A DNA stretch of 56,960 bases from a virus: the UHGV virus genome UHGV-1359774. The stretch is one strand, 5' to 3'. A program made the position numbers and the translations under genes. Under the pieces are notes generated by a model, which was not told the origin of the DNA, did no database searches, and worked only from the letters and a program-made list of their open reading frames with translations. Below are positions 28,472 through 37,133 of the stretch, piece by piece. Each line of letters opens with the position of its first letter. Within the stretch, counting starts at the first letter, position 1.

Positions 28472-28882
28472 TCAGTCATAGCCGTCGTCATCGTCGTAAT
28501 ATTCCCGCTCACGGCGGCTACGACGCTCACGGCGGCGTTCACGGTCGTTTTCGTCCTCGTAGTAGCGGCGCTCACGCTCCGGGTCCACGAAGCCCTGAGT
28601 CTGCCAGTCGTCCTCGCGGTAACGGCGGCGGCCCATGTCATCGTGCTCGTCGCCGCGATAGCCCCAGTCCTCGTGATCGTCGTTGTACTCGTGGCGACGG
28701 CGGCGGAATTCGCCGTAGCGATTGCGCGGGGGCAGACGCCGGGCCTCATAGCGGCCGCCGTCCTCCTCCATGCGCATCCGGCTCCGGCCGCCGGAACCGC
28801 GACGATAATCGTATTCGTAACGGTCATCGTCGCGCCGGTCGTCCCGTCCGCCATCACGGCGCATCATGATTCGCATGGTCAT
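28472..28882 (-). CDS. Arg/Asp/Glu/Tyr-rich low-complexity protein (136 aa)
   Basis: GGAGG RBS 6 nt upstream; G/C-rich third positions in this frame; the hydrophobic antisense ORFs are artefacts of GAC/CGC codons. Confidence 0.5.
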   Translation of the reverse strand: MTMRIMMRRDGGRDDRRDDDRYEYDYRRGSGGRSRMRMEEDGGRYEARRLPPRNRYGEFRRRRHEYNDDHEDWGYRGDEHDDMGRRRYREDDWQTQGFVDPERERRYYEDENDRERRRERRSRREREYYDDDDGYD

Positions 28883-28893
28883 AGCATGCCTCC

Positions 28894-29706
28894 TTACGCG
28901 GTGGGCGTGGTGGTAGAGGCCGTGCGGATCGCGGCCATGTGACCAATGATGTTCACGGTGTTGGCGTTCATTTCATTGCGCAGCTGCGAACCCAGACCAG
29001 CCACAGCCTGGGCCGTGAAGTTCTGGGCTTCCATGGACGCAATCTTGGACTTGGCGTCACAGAGCTGGGTTTGCAGGTTTTCGTAAGCGTAGCGGTCGAT
29101 CAGCTGACGCGTGGCCGAACCTTCGGCCATAATGGTGCGCTGCGTGGTGCAGCAGCAATCATTGATGGCGCTGGTGACCTGATTGGTGCTCTGGCAGGAC
29201 AGCAGGGCATTGTCCTTGCTGGAACTCAGGATGGCCGTGTTGACGCCGTTGAAGCCCTGACAGAGGCTGTTCTGAAGCGACTGGTCACCGGAGACGATGG
29301 TGGAATTCAGGCCCGCAAAGCCCTGAGTCAGGGTGTTGTTCACGCTGGCGGTCTGCGCGGCGGTTTCAGCGGCAAGACCGCCGAAGCCCTGGCAGGCGGC
29401 CAGATTCGCGGCGTTCTGGCCCTGCAAGACCTGCAATCCAACGCCATTAATGCTGGTCTGGATGCCGCTCAGCGCGTCCAGCTCAGCGGTGGAAGCGGTG
29501 CCGCCGCCGGGATTCCCGGCGATAATCACCGAAGGAGCGCCGCCGCCGGAATTGCAGCAGCCGCCATTGCCGCCGTTGTTGCCAAAGCCGTTGCCCCACC
29601 AGGAGCCGAACAGCGCCCCGGCAAAGGCTCCAACAGCATCGCCCCAGCCGTTGTTGTTGCCGCCGTCATTGACCGAAAAAGTGGGGACAAACCCGTCCAT
29701 GCCCAT
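28894..29706 (-). CDS. Gly/Asn/Gln/Ser/Thr-rich protein with CC and CCC clusters and QGF(x)G(x)N repeats (~271 aa from the ATG with RBS)
   Basis: GGAGG RBS before MGMDGF; own promoter upstream and a terminator before that. Confidence 0.5.
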   Translation of the reverse strand: MGMDGFVPTFSVNDGGNNNGWGDAVGAFAGALFGSWWGNGFGNNGGNGGCCNSGGGAPSVIIAGNPGGGTASTAELDALSGIQTSINGVGLQVLQGQNAANLAACQGFGGLAAETAAQTASVNNTLTQGFAGLNSTIVSGDQSLQNSLCQGFNGVNTAILSSSKDNALLSCQSTNQVTSAINDCCCTTQRTIMAEGSATRQLIDRYAYENLQTQLCDAKSKIASMEAQNFTAQAVAGLGSQLRNEMNANTVNIIGHMAAIRTASTTTPTA

Positions 29707-29764
29707 AGCAATACCTCCAAAGTTTTTCCCGGCGGGATGCCGGGCTTTGAAAAGATGATGGGCC

Positions 29765-29794
29765 AATGGATGGATTCTTACTAACTACGGATGG
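29765..29794 (-). promoter_or_regulatory. sigma70-like promoter TTGTCG-N17-TAAGAAT for the Gly-rich/RD-rich operon
   Basis: Direct reading of the minus strand. Confidence 0.4.
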
Positions 29795-29840
29795 TTACGA
29801 CAAAGTATGGGTGGGATATGGATAGCGTTTTTTTGAACAT

Positions 29841-29869
29841 GAAAAAGCCGGGCATTTAAGGTGCCCGGC
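29841..29869 (-). terminator. intrinsic terminator (GCCGGGCA-loop-TGCCCGGC then TTTTT) after the Zn-ribbon gene
   Basis: Direct reading. Confidence 0.55.
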
Positions 29870-29874
29870 CGTGG

Positions 29875-30081
29875 TCATTCCAGCTTTGCTTTCCGGACTG
29901 GACGCAATCTGCCTTCCGGGCGTTCCAGCATGTACCGCGCGCCGCATTCCTTGTTCTGGCATGTCCAGTAGGAAACGCGCGAATATTCGAGAGGATGGCC
30001 ATCAAGGCCGATGGAAATCGTTCTGGTGCATTTTAAGGATTGCAGCCCGCATTTTGGGCAAAATTGTCTGCTGGTCGCCAT
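29875..30081 (-). CDS. small zinc-ribbon protein (CPKCG...CQNKEC)
   Basis: ORF followed by an intrinsic terminator. Confidence 0.4.
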   Translation of the reverse strand: MATSRQFCPKCGLQSLKCTRTISIGLDGHPLEYSRVSYWTCQNKECGARYMLERPEGRLRPVRKAKLE

Positions 30082-30245
30082 GGTGCAAGCCCCTTGGCTC
30101 GCCCCGACCGCCCTATGGATTTTTTTATCAATTTCCGATTAACTACGCAGGGCGGATACTCTGCAAGCGGCTTCCCTCCGCTTGTGGGGCCGTGGGGATG
30201 CGTTGCTGCGCATCTCCGGCGGGGGCGCGTGAAGCCCCCGCCCCT

Positions 30246-30605
30246 CTACCGCTTTTGGGCGCGTGCCCTGTTGTTCCGTTCTTCTTTTTTGTGGCGCTCC
30301 GCGTTTTTCAGGTCAACAAATTGCGCATCCAGGAGCCGCAGCCGCCACAGCAGTTCTTCCGGCTCGGCATGACGCGCGATCTCCGCTAAAAGGGCCTCAT
30401 GCCGGATTGCCAGGGTTGCGCCCGTCATGTTGTCCACCGGCGCGCCATGCTGCCGCAGCATGTGCCATATCCGCATCGCTTCCTCGTTACGCGGACTCAG
30501 CGGCCAATGTCGGGTACAGTTGGCGCAATCTTGCTTCTCTTTGTGTATCCAACGGCAGTCATTGCATGTGGGCCGGTCGCCAAATTGCCAACCGGCCCAC
30601 TCCAT
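30246..30605 (-). CDS. tail assembly chaperone T-part (-1 frame extension, G-T fusion)
   Basis: Starts inside the stop of the G-like ORF (TGATG); slippery A_AAA_AAC heptamer. Confidence 0.5.
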   Translation of the reverse strand: MEWAGWQFGDRPTCNDCRWIHKEKQDCANCTRHWPLSPRNEEAMRIWHMLRQHGAPVDNMTGATLAIRHEALLAEIARHAEPEELLWRLRLLDAQFVDLKNAERHKKEERNNRARAQKR

Positions 30606-30970
30606 CAGTTTTTTTCTTCTTCCAGCCGCCCTTCACGCGCGATATGCTTTAAACGGCCATACTGCCGGTCCATGAAGGCATTTTCGACGTCGCAGAGTTC
30701 GGCCACCATGTCGGGGCTGAACGGCAGCGGTTCATTGTTCAAATCCATCAAACCGTCCCAACCCACAATCTGCGTCTGCATGACCACGGGCAGGATTCTG
30801 AGCCCGGCCAGATCGGTGTCATAGCCGCATTCGGCCATGACCTTTTTTACCACCTCTTGCTGCGCCGTGGCAGACAGGGGCTTGCAAAGAAAATACGCCT
30901 GGCCGTCCGGCGTCAGATCCATGCGAAAAACCTTTTCCTGATATTTCCTGGTCAGAACCGTGAAGGCCAT
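30605..30970 (-). CDS. tail assembly chaperone G-like
   Basis: AAGGAG RBS; position after the tube gene; slippery site at its 3' end. Confidence 0.55.
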   Translation of the reverse strand: MAFTVLTRKYQEKVFRMDLTPDGQAYFLCKPLSATAQQEVVKKVMAECGYDTDLAGLRILPVVMQTQIVGWDGLMDLNNEPLPFSPDMVAELCDVENAFMDRQYGRLKHIAREGRLEEEKN

Positions 30971-30972
30971 GT

Positions 30973-32118
30973 TTACGCTCCTTGAATGGTGATGGTGAAA
31001 CTGTCTTCGCCCTGGATGCCCAAAGCCGTGCCCGTGCTGTCCAGCGTCAGAACAGCGTCGTCCTCACCGACTGTGGGAGAGGAAAGACGCACCTTGGGTG
31101 TGTTCACCGCAATACTGCCGTTGCTGTTTTCCGCCTTCAGGGTCACGTCCAGGGTCACGCCTTCCAGCGTTTGACCAAAGCGTACGGCCTCTGCTTTACG
31201 GAAGTACACGCTCATATCCATGCTGATGCTGCGCTTATTGTCCGACGCCTCGCCGGGGAACTTGTCTCCGACTTCCTCAAGGAATTGCGTGGGCAGCGAC
31301 GCGGTGAAGGTGGAAGGACGGATACGGCCCTCTACACCATCAATCAGCAGTGAAACGCTGTTGTTTTCCACTTCCACGCCGATGGTATCCGCCTCCGGCA
31401 GCCAGGGGCCGATTTCCTCTCCCGCCAGCCAGTCCGTGGGCGCGGTGTCCAGAACCAGCGTATCCGTGGCCGTGTCGATGGCCGTAATCTGGTATTCTTG
31501 GCTCTCATTCTTGCTCACGTTACGGATGAAACCGCCCACGCTGAAGGCCAGGGATTGCCCCGTTTCCAGCTTGATTGTGGTAGTGTCCGGAACTTCGGCC
31601 AACTCACCGAAGCCGACCACGCCAGCCCGGCGGCCACGCCCGGAGAAGGTGAAGATAGTCAGGCCGTCGCGATCCACGGCCCATTCCAGGCTTTCCACGG
31701 TGCAACCGCTCATAAACTGCACGGTCTGGTCATTTTGCAGCCAGAGGGACGCCGTGGGGCGGCAAGTGGAAAGCCGGTACTGGCGCTTATTGGCTGTGCT
31801 GGCATCCACAATGCCGAGAGTGGCCCGGAACAGCGCGTCACCCTGCGGGGCACCGGCGGACGGCGTAAGCCGCGCCACCATGGGCAAGGACCAGTCGCCA
31901 GGCGGCATGGCGTCCCGGCTCTGGCTCACCACATCCAGGGTGGCGGCAAGTTCCGGGCTATCCGTGAATGTGGGTGTCTGCGCGATGGAACCGCGCCCGG
32001 CTGGACGGATAAACCCGGCGGGCACCGGCTTTTCAAGTATACCGGTGGCTGTTTCCAGCATGACAAAGGCGCGCTGGACATTGCTTTTTTGCACGGTCGA
32101 GCACATGGCTTGCGACAT
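30973..32118 (-). CDS. major tail (tube) protein
   Basis: AGGAGG RBS before the ATG at 32118; size and position upstream of the G/GT chaperone. Confidence 0.55.
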   Translation of the reverse strand: MSQAMCSTVQKSNVQRAFVMLETATGILEKPVPAGFIRPAGRGSIAQTPTFTDSPELAATLDVVSQSRDAMPPGDWSLPMVARLTPSAGAPQGDALFRATLGIVDASTANKRQYRLSTCRPTASLWLQNDQTVQFMSGCTVESLEWAVDRDGLTIFTFSGRGRRAGVVGFGELAEVPDTTTIKLETGQSLAFSVGGFIRNVSKNESQEYQITAIDTATDTLVLDTAPTDWLAGEEIGPWLPEADTIGVEVENNSVSLLIDGVEGRIRPSTFTASLPTQFLEEVGDKFPGEASDNKRSISMDMSVYFRKAEAVRFGQTLEGVTLDVTLKAENSNGSIAVNTPKVRLSSPTVGEDDAVLTLDSTGTALGIQGEDSFTITIQGA

Positions 32119-32119
32119 T

Positions 32120-32578
32120 CTAGACCTCCTGTGCCCTGGGCCCTTCAAAAACGGTGTGCCAGGGGATATTGGTTTGTATCAGATACCGGCCTGTGTCCGG
32201 CGCGGTGCCGCGATCTTCGGTATAGGGTTCCCCACAATGCACGGCGCATGATCCGGCCGAGAAAGACTTGCGGCGGAAAGCGGCCTCAAGCGCTGAACCT
32301 GTCTGGAGGCCCTGCCCTACCGCCATCTTCTTCGGTAGGCTTTGTGTGATGATCCAGACGCCCACGCGGGTGGAAAGAGCCTGTGGGCCGCCCAGTTCGT
32401 CGGAAGTGGAAAGGCCCGGCTTGAAACTGTAGAGGATATGCAGCCTCGCCTGATCCAGATTGCTGTCGCTGTTCATGGGCAAAAGCTGATATTGTCCGGA
32501 ACCCGCCGGAAAAAGCGCGTCCAGCGCCTCGCTGGTCAGGGTGGAAAAGGCCCGCAGAATCAGATCAAGGCGCAGCAT
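32120..32578 (-). CDS. tail terminator / tail completion-like protein (by position)
   Basis: GGGGAAAA RBS; sits between the gp10-like and tube genes. Confidence 0.4.
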   Translation of the reverse strand: MLRLDLILRAFSTLTSEALDALFPAGSGQYQLLPMNSDSNLDQARLHILYSFKPGLSTSDELGGPQALSTRVGVWIITQSLPKKMAVGQGLQTGSALEAAFRRKSFSAGSCAVHCGEPYTEDRGTAPDTGRYLIQTNIPWHTVFEGPRAQEV

Positions 32579-32580
32579 GG

Positions 32581-32979
32581 CTAGATTTTCCCCAGCTCTG
32601 AGTTCATCTGGTGCTTCATCTCCTGGAGAGCGAGGGCAACCATGCCCTGAGGGGCGTTCTTCGACCAGCCTGCCTCAAGCGCCTCGATATATTCCAAATT
32701 GCTGCTGATATACCACATATCCGGATTTGCCTGGAGTATTTCCGCTACTGTCTTCTGCACAATGGTGTTTATCTCGCCTTTGTAGTTTCCCGGCGGCGGC
32801 ACATAGTCACTGGGCGCACTGGTGGAAAACTGCCACGAGCGCTTGGCTCTGCCCGTCTCCACCGGAGTGCGCTCCACGATTTTTTTGTAAGTCATAATCA
32901 CAATGCCCCTGACGGCTCCCAACGCCTCACCTTGGATTTTAAGCCGCACCAGTTCGTTGAGCGTGCGCTGGAAGTCGTC
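32581..32979 (-). pseudogene. 5'-truncated copy of the HK97 gp10-like gene, created at the duplication junction
   Basis: Identical to the 3' 369 nt of 37134..37637; the junction at 32979/32980 joins it in phase to the frame downstream of the RD-rich ORF. Confidence 0.5.
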
Positions 32980-33024
32980 GTCAGCTTCTTCAGCTTGGTT
33001 TTCATCCCGTCCGTGACCGTCCGC

Positions 33025-33435
33025 TCAGTCATAGCCGTCGTCATCGTCGTAATATTCCCGCTCACGGCGGCTACGACGCTCACGGCGGCGTTCACGGTCG
33101 TTTTCGTCCTCGTAGTAGCGGCGCTCACGCTCCGGGTCCACGAAGCCCTGAGTCTGCCAGTCGTCCTCGCGGTAACGGCGGCGGCCCATGTCATCGTGCT
33201 CGTCGCCGCGATAGCCCCAGTCCTCGTGATCGTCGTTGTACTCGTGGCGACGGCGGCGGAATTCGCCGTAGCGATTGCGCGGGGGCAGACGCCGGGCCTC
33301 ATAGCGGCCGCCGTCCTCCTCCATGCGCATCCGGCTCCGGCCGCCGGAACCGCGACGATAATCGTATTCGTAACGGTCATCGTCGCGCCGGTCGTCCCGT
33401 CCGCCATCACGGCGCATCATGATTCGCATGGTCAT
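33025..33435 (-). CDS. Arg/Asp/Glu-rich low-complexity protein (copy 2)
   Basis: Identical to 28472..28882. Confidence 0.5.
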   Translation of the reverse strand: MTMRIMMRRDGGRDDRRDDDRYEYDYRRGSGGRSRMRMEEDGGRYEARRLPPRNRYGEFRRRRHEYNDDHEDWGYRGDEHDDMGRRRYREDDWQTQGFVDPERERRYYEDENDRERRRERRSRREREYYDDDDGYD

Positions 33436-33446
33436 AGCATGCCTCC

Positions 33447-34259
33447 TTACGCGGTGGGCGTGGTGGTAGAGGCCGTGCGGATCGCGGCCATGTGACCAAT
33501 GATGTTCACGGTGTTGGCGTTCATTTCATTGCGCAGCTGCGAACCCAGACCAGCCACAGCCTGGGCCGTGAAGTTCTGGGCTTCCATGGACGCAATCTTG
33601 GACTTGGCGTCACAGAGCTGGGTTTGCAGGTTTTCGTAAGCGTAGCGGTCGATCAGCTGACGCGTGGCCGAACCTTCGGCCATAATGGTGCGCTGCGTGG
33701 TGCAGCAGCAATCATTGATGGCGCTGGTGACCTGATTGGTGCTCTGGCAGGACAGCAGGGCATTGTCCTTGCTGGAACTCAGGATGGCCGTGTTGACGCC
33801 GTTGAAGCCCTGACAGAGGCTGTTCTGAAGCGACTGGTCACCGGAGACGATGGTGGAATTCAGGCCCGCAAAGCCCTGAGTCAGGGTGTTGTTCACGCTG
33901 GCGGTCTGCGCGGCGGTTTCAGCGGCAAGACCGCCGAAGCCCTGGCAGGCGGCCAGATTCGCGGCGTTCTGGCCCTGCAAGACCTGCAATCCAACGCCAT
34001 TAATGCTGGTCTGGATGCCGCTCAGCGCGTCCAGCTCAGCGGTGGAAGCGGTGCCGCCGCCGGGATTCCCGGCGATAATCACCGAAGGAGCGCCGCCGCC
34101 GGAATTGCAGCAGCCGCCATTGCCGCCGTTGTTGCCAAAGCCGTTGCCCCACCAGGAGCCGAACAGCGCCCCGGCAAAGGCTCCAACAGCATCGCCCCAG
34201 CCGTTGTTGTTGCCGCCGTCATTGACCGAAAAAGTGGGGACAAACCCGTCCATGCCCAT
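33447..34259 (-). CDS. Gly/Asn/Gln-rich Cys-cluster protein (copy 2)
   Basis: Identical to 28894..29706. Confidence 0.5.
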   Translation of the reverse strand: MGMDGFVPTFSVNDGGNNNGWGDAVGAFAGALFGSWWGNGFGNNGGNGGCCNSGGGAPSVIIAGNPGGGTASTAELDALSGIQTSINGVGLQVLQGQNAANLAACQGFGGLAAETAAQTASVNNTLTQGFAGLNSTIVSGDQSLQNSLCQGFNGVNTAILSSSKDNALLSCQSTNQVTSAINDCCCTTQRTIMAEGSATRQLIDRYAYENLQTQLCDAKSKIASMEAQNFTAQAVAGLGSQLRNEMNANTVNIIGHMAAIRTASTTTPTA

Positions 34260-34427
34260 AGCAATACCTCCAAAGTTTTTCCCGGCGGGATGCCGGGCTT
34301 TGAAAAGATGATGGGCCAATGGATGGATTCTTACTAACTACGGATGGTTACGACAAAGTATGGGTGGGATATGGATAGCGTTTTTTTGAACATGAAAAAG
34401 CCGGGCATTTAAGGTGCCCGGCCGTGG

Positions 34428-34634
34428 TCATTCCAGCTTTGCTTTCCGGACTGGACGCAATCTGCCTTCCGGGCGTTCCAGCATGTACCGCGCGCCGCAT
34501 TCCTTGTTCTGGCATGTCCAGTAGGAAACGCGCGAATATTCGAGAGGATGGCCATCAAGGCCGATGGAAATCGTTCTGGTGCATTTTAAGGATTGCAGCC
34601 CGCATTTTGGGCAAAATTGTCTGCTGGTCGCCAT
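34428..34634 (-). CDS. small zinc-ribbon protein (copy 2)
   Basis: Identical to 29875..30081. Confidence 0.4.
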   Translation of the reverse strand: MATSRQFCPKCGLQSLKCTRTISIGLDGHPLEYSRVSYWTCQNKECGARYMLERPEGRLRPVRKAKLE

Positions 34635-34798
34635 GGTGCAAGCCCCTTGGCTCGCCCCGACCGCCCTATGGATTTTTTTATCAATTTCCGATTAACTACG
34701 CAGGGCGGATACTCTGCAAGCGGCTTCCCTCCGCTTGTGGGGCCGTGGGGATGCGTTGCTGCGCATCTCCGGCGGGGGCGCGTGAAGCCCCCGCCCCT

Positions 34799-35158
34799 CT
34801 ACCGCTTTTGGGCGCGTGCCCTGTTGTTCCGTTCTTCTTTTTTGTGGCGCTCCGCGTTTTTCAGGTCAACAAATTGCGCATCCAGGAGCCGCAGCCGCCA
34901 CAGCAGTTCTTCCGGCTCGGCATGACGCGCGATCTCCGCTAAAAGGGCCTCATGCCGGATTGCCAGGGTTGCGCCCGTCATGTTGTCCACCGGCGCGCCA
35001 TGCTGCCGCAGCATGTGCCATATCCGCATCGCTTCCTCGTTACGCGGACTCAGCGGCCAATGTCGGGTACAGTTGGCGCAATCTTGCTTCTCTTTGTGTA
35101 TCCAACGGCAGTCATTGCATGTGGGCCGGTCGCCAAATTGCCAACCGGCCCACTCCAT
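34799..35158 (-). CDS. chaperone T-part (copy 2)
   Basis: Identical to 30246..30605. Confidence 0.5.
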   Translation of the reverse strand: MEWAGWQFGDRPTCNDCRWIHKEKQDCANCTRHWPLSPRNEEAMRIWHMLRQHGAPVDNMTGATLAIRHEALLAEIARHAEPEELLWRLRLLDAQFVDLKNAERHKKEERNNRARAQKR

Positions 35159-35523
35159 CAGTTTTTTTCTTCTTCCAGCCGCCCTTCACGCGCGATATGC
35201 TTTAAACGGCCATACTGCCGGTCCATGAAGGCATTTTCGACGTCGCAGAGTTCGGCCACCATGTCGGGGCTGAACGGCAGCGGTTCATTGTTCAAATCCA
35301 TCAAACCGTCCCAACCCACAATCTGCGTCTGCATGACCACGGGCAGGATTCTGAGCCCGGCCAGATCGGTGTCATAGCCGCATTCGGCCATGACCTTTTT
35401 TACCACCTCTTGCTGCGCCGTGGCAGACAGGGGCTTGCAAAGAAAATACGCCTGGCCGTCCGGCGTCAGATCCATGCGAAAAACCTTTTCCTGATATTTC
35501 CTGGTCAGAACCGTGAAGGCCAT
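35158..35523 (-). CDS. tail assembly chaperone G-like (copy 2)
   Basis: Identical to 30605..30970. Confidence 0.55.
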   Translation of the reverse strand: MAFTVLTRKYQEKVFRMDLTPDGQAYFLCKPLSATAQQEVVKKVMAECGYDTDLAGLRILPVVMQTQIVGWDGLMDLNNEPLPFSPDMVAELCDVENAFMDRQYGRLKHIAREGRLEEEKN

Positions 35524-35525
35524 GT

Positions 35526-36671
35526 TTACGCTCCTTGAATGGTGATGGTGAAACTGTCTTCGCCCTGGATGCCCAAAGCCGTGCCCGTGCTGTCCAGCGT
35601 CAGAACAGCGTCGTCCTCACCGACTGTGGGAGAGGAAAGACGCACCTTGGGTGTGTTCACCGCAATACTGCCGTTGCTGTTTTCCGCCTTCAGGGTCACG
35701 TCCAGGGTCACGCCTTCCAGCGTTTGACCAAAGCGTACGGCCTCTGCTTTACGGAAGTACACGCTCATATCCATGCTGATGCTGCGCTTATTGTCCGACG
35801 CCTCGCCGGGGAACTTGTCTCCGACTTCCTCAAGGAATTGCGTGGGCAGCGACGCGGTGAAGGTGGAAGGACGGATACGGCCCTCTACACCATCAATCAG
35901 CAGTGAAACGCTGTTGTTTTCCACTTCCACGCCGATGGTATCCGCCTCCGGCAGCCAGGGGCCGATTTCCTCTCCCGCCAGCCAGTCCGTGGGCGCGGTG
36001 TCCAGAACCAGCGTATCCGTGGCCGTGTCGATGGCCGTAATCTGGTATTCTTGGCTCTCATTCTTGCTCACGTTACGGATGAAACCGCCCACGCTGAAGG
36101 CCAGGGATTGCCCCGTTTCCAGCTTGATTGTGGTAGTGTCCGGAACTTCGGCCAACTCACCGAAGCCGACCACGCCAGCCCGGCGGCCACGCCCGGAGAA
36201 GGTGAAGATAGTCAGGCCGTCGCGATCCACGGCCCATTCCAGGCTTTCCACGGTGCAACCGCTCATAAACTGCACGGTCTGGTCATTTTGCAGCCAGAGG
36301 GACGCCGTGGGGCGGCAAGTGGAAAGCCGGTACTGGCGCTTATTGGCTGTGCTGGCATCCACAATGCCGAGAGTGGCCCGGAACAGCGCGTCACCCTGCG
36401 GGGCACCGGCGGACGGCGTAAGCCGCGCCACCATGGGCAAGGACCAGTCGCCAGGCGGCATGGCGTCCCGGCTCTGGCTCACCACATCCAGGGTGGCGGC
36501 AAGTTCCGGGCTATCCGTGAATGTGGGTGTCTGCGCGATGGAACCGCGCCCGGCTGGACGGATAAACCCGGCGGGCACCGGCTTTTCAAGTATACCGGTG
36601 GCTGTTTCCAGCATGACAAAGGCGCGCTGGACATTGCTTTTTTGCACGGTCGAGCACATGGCTTGCGACAT
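35526..36671 (-). CDS. major tail (tube) protein (copy 2)
   Basis: Identical to 30973..32118. Confidence 0.55.
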   Translation of the reverse strand: MSQAMCSTVQKSNVQRAFVMLETATGILEKPVPAGFIRPAGRGSIAQTPTFTDSPELAATLDVVSQSRDAMPPGDWSLPMVARLTPSAGAPQGDALFRATLGIVDASTANKRQYRLSTCRPTASLWLQNDQTVQFMSGCTVESLEWAVDRDGLTIFTFSGRGRRAGVVGFGELAEVPDTTTIKLETGQSLAFSVGGFIRNVSKNESQEYQITAIDTATDTLVLDTAPTDWLAGEEIGPWLPEADTIGVEVENNSVSLLIDGVEGRIRPSTFTASLPTQFLEEVGDKFPGEASDNKRSISMDMSVYFRKAEAVRFGQTLEGVTLDVTLKAENSNGSIAVNTPKVRLSSPTVGEDDAVLTLDSTGTALGIQGEDSFTITIQGA

Positions 36672-36672
36672 T

Positions 36673-37131
36673 CTAGACCTCCTGTGCCCTGGGCCCTTCA
36701 AAAACGGTGTGCCAGGGGATATTGGTTTGTATCAGATACCGGCCTGTGTCCGGCGCGGTGCCGCGATCTTCGGTATAGGGTTCCCCACAATGCACGGCGC
36801 ATGATCCGGCCGAGAAAGACTTGCGGCGGAAAGCGGCCTCAAGCGCTGAACCTGTCTGGAGGCCCTGCCCTACCGCCATCTTCTTCGGTAGGCTTTGTGT
36901 GATGATCCAGACGCCCACGCGGGTGGAAAGAGCCTGTGGGCCGCCCAGTTCGTCGGAAGTGGAAAGGCCCGGCTTGAAACTGTAGAGGATATGCAGCCTC
37001 GCCTGATCCAGATTGCTGTCGCTGTTCATGGGCAAAAGCTGATATTGTCCGGAACCCGCCGGAAAAAGCGCGTCCAGCGCCTCGCTGGTCAGGGTGGAAA
37101 AGGCCCGCAGAATCAGATCAAGGCGCAGCAT
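36673..37131 (-). CDS. tail terminator-like protein (copy 2)
   Basis: Identical to 32120..32578. Confidence 0.4.
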   Translation of the reverse strand: MLRLDLILRAFSTLTSEALDALFPAGSGQYQLLPMNSDSNLDQARLHILYSFKPGLSTSDELGGPQALSTRVGVWIITQSLPKKMAVGQGLQTGSALEAAFRRKSFSAGSCAVHCGEPYTEDRGTAPDTGRYLIQTNIPWHTVFEGPRAQEV

Positions 37132-37133
37132 GG

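Larger units (their letters stand above)
28427..32979. repeat. tandem duplication, copy 1 (4,553 bp)
   Basis: All six-frame ORFs are identical between the two copies; boundaries read directly (1-nt ambiguity). Confidence 0.9.

Noticed and set aside
28442-28942. Long hydrophobic plus-strand ORFs (28442..28942, 32611..33495) opposite the RD-rich gene
   Set aside because: These are mirror-image artefacts of GAC/CGC-rich codons on the coding (minus) strand. They have no RBS and an implausible poly-V/A composition.
28894-29766. The longer 290-aa form of the Gly-rich ORF starting MAHHLFKARHPAGKNFGGIA
   Set aside because: That upstream segment contains the promoter -10 and the GGAGG RBS serving the ATG at 29706, so it is most likely 5' UTR.
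31220-32349. Plus-strand ORFs 31220..32251 and 31498..32349 (and copies at 35773 and 36051)
   Set aside because: They are antisense to the tail tube gene in a high-GC region. Codon bias and an RBS support only the minus-strand gene.
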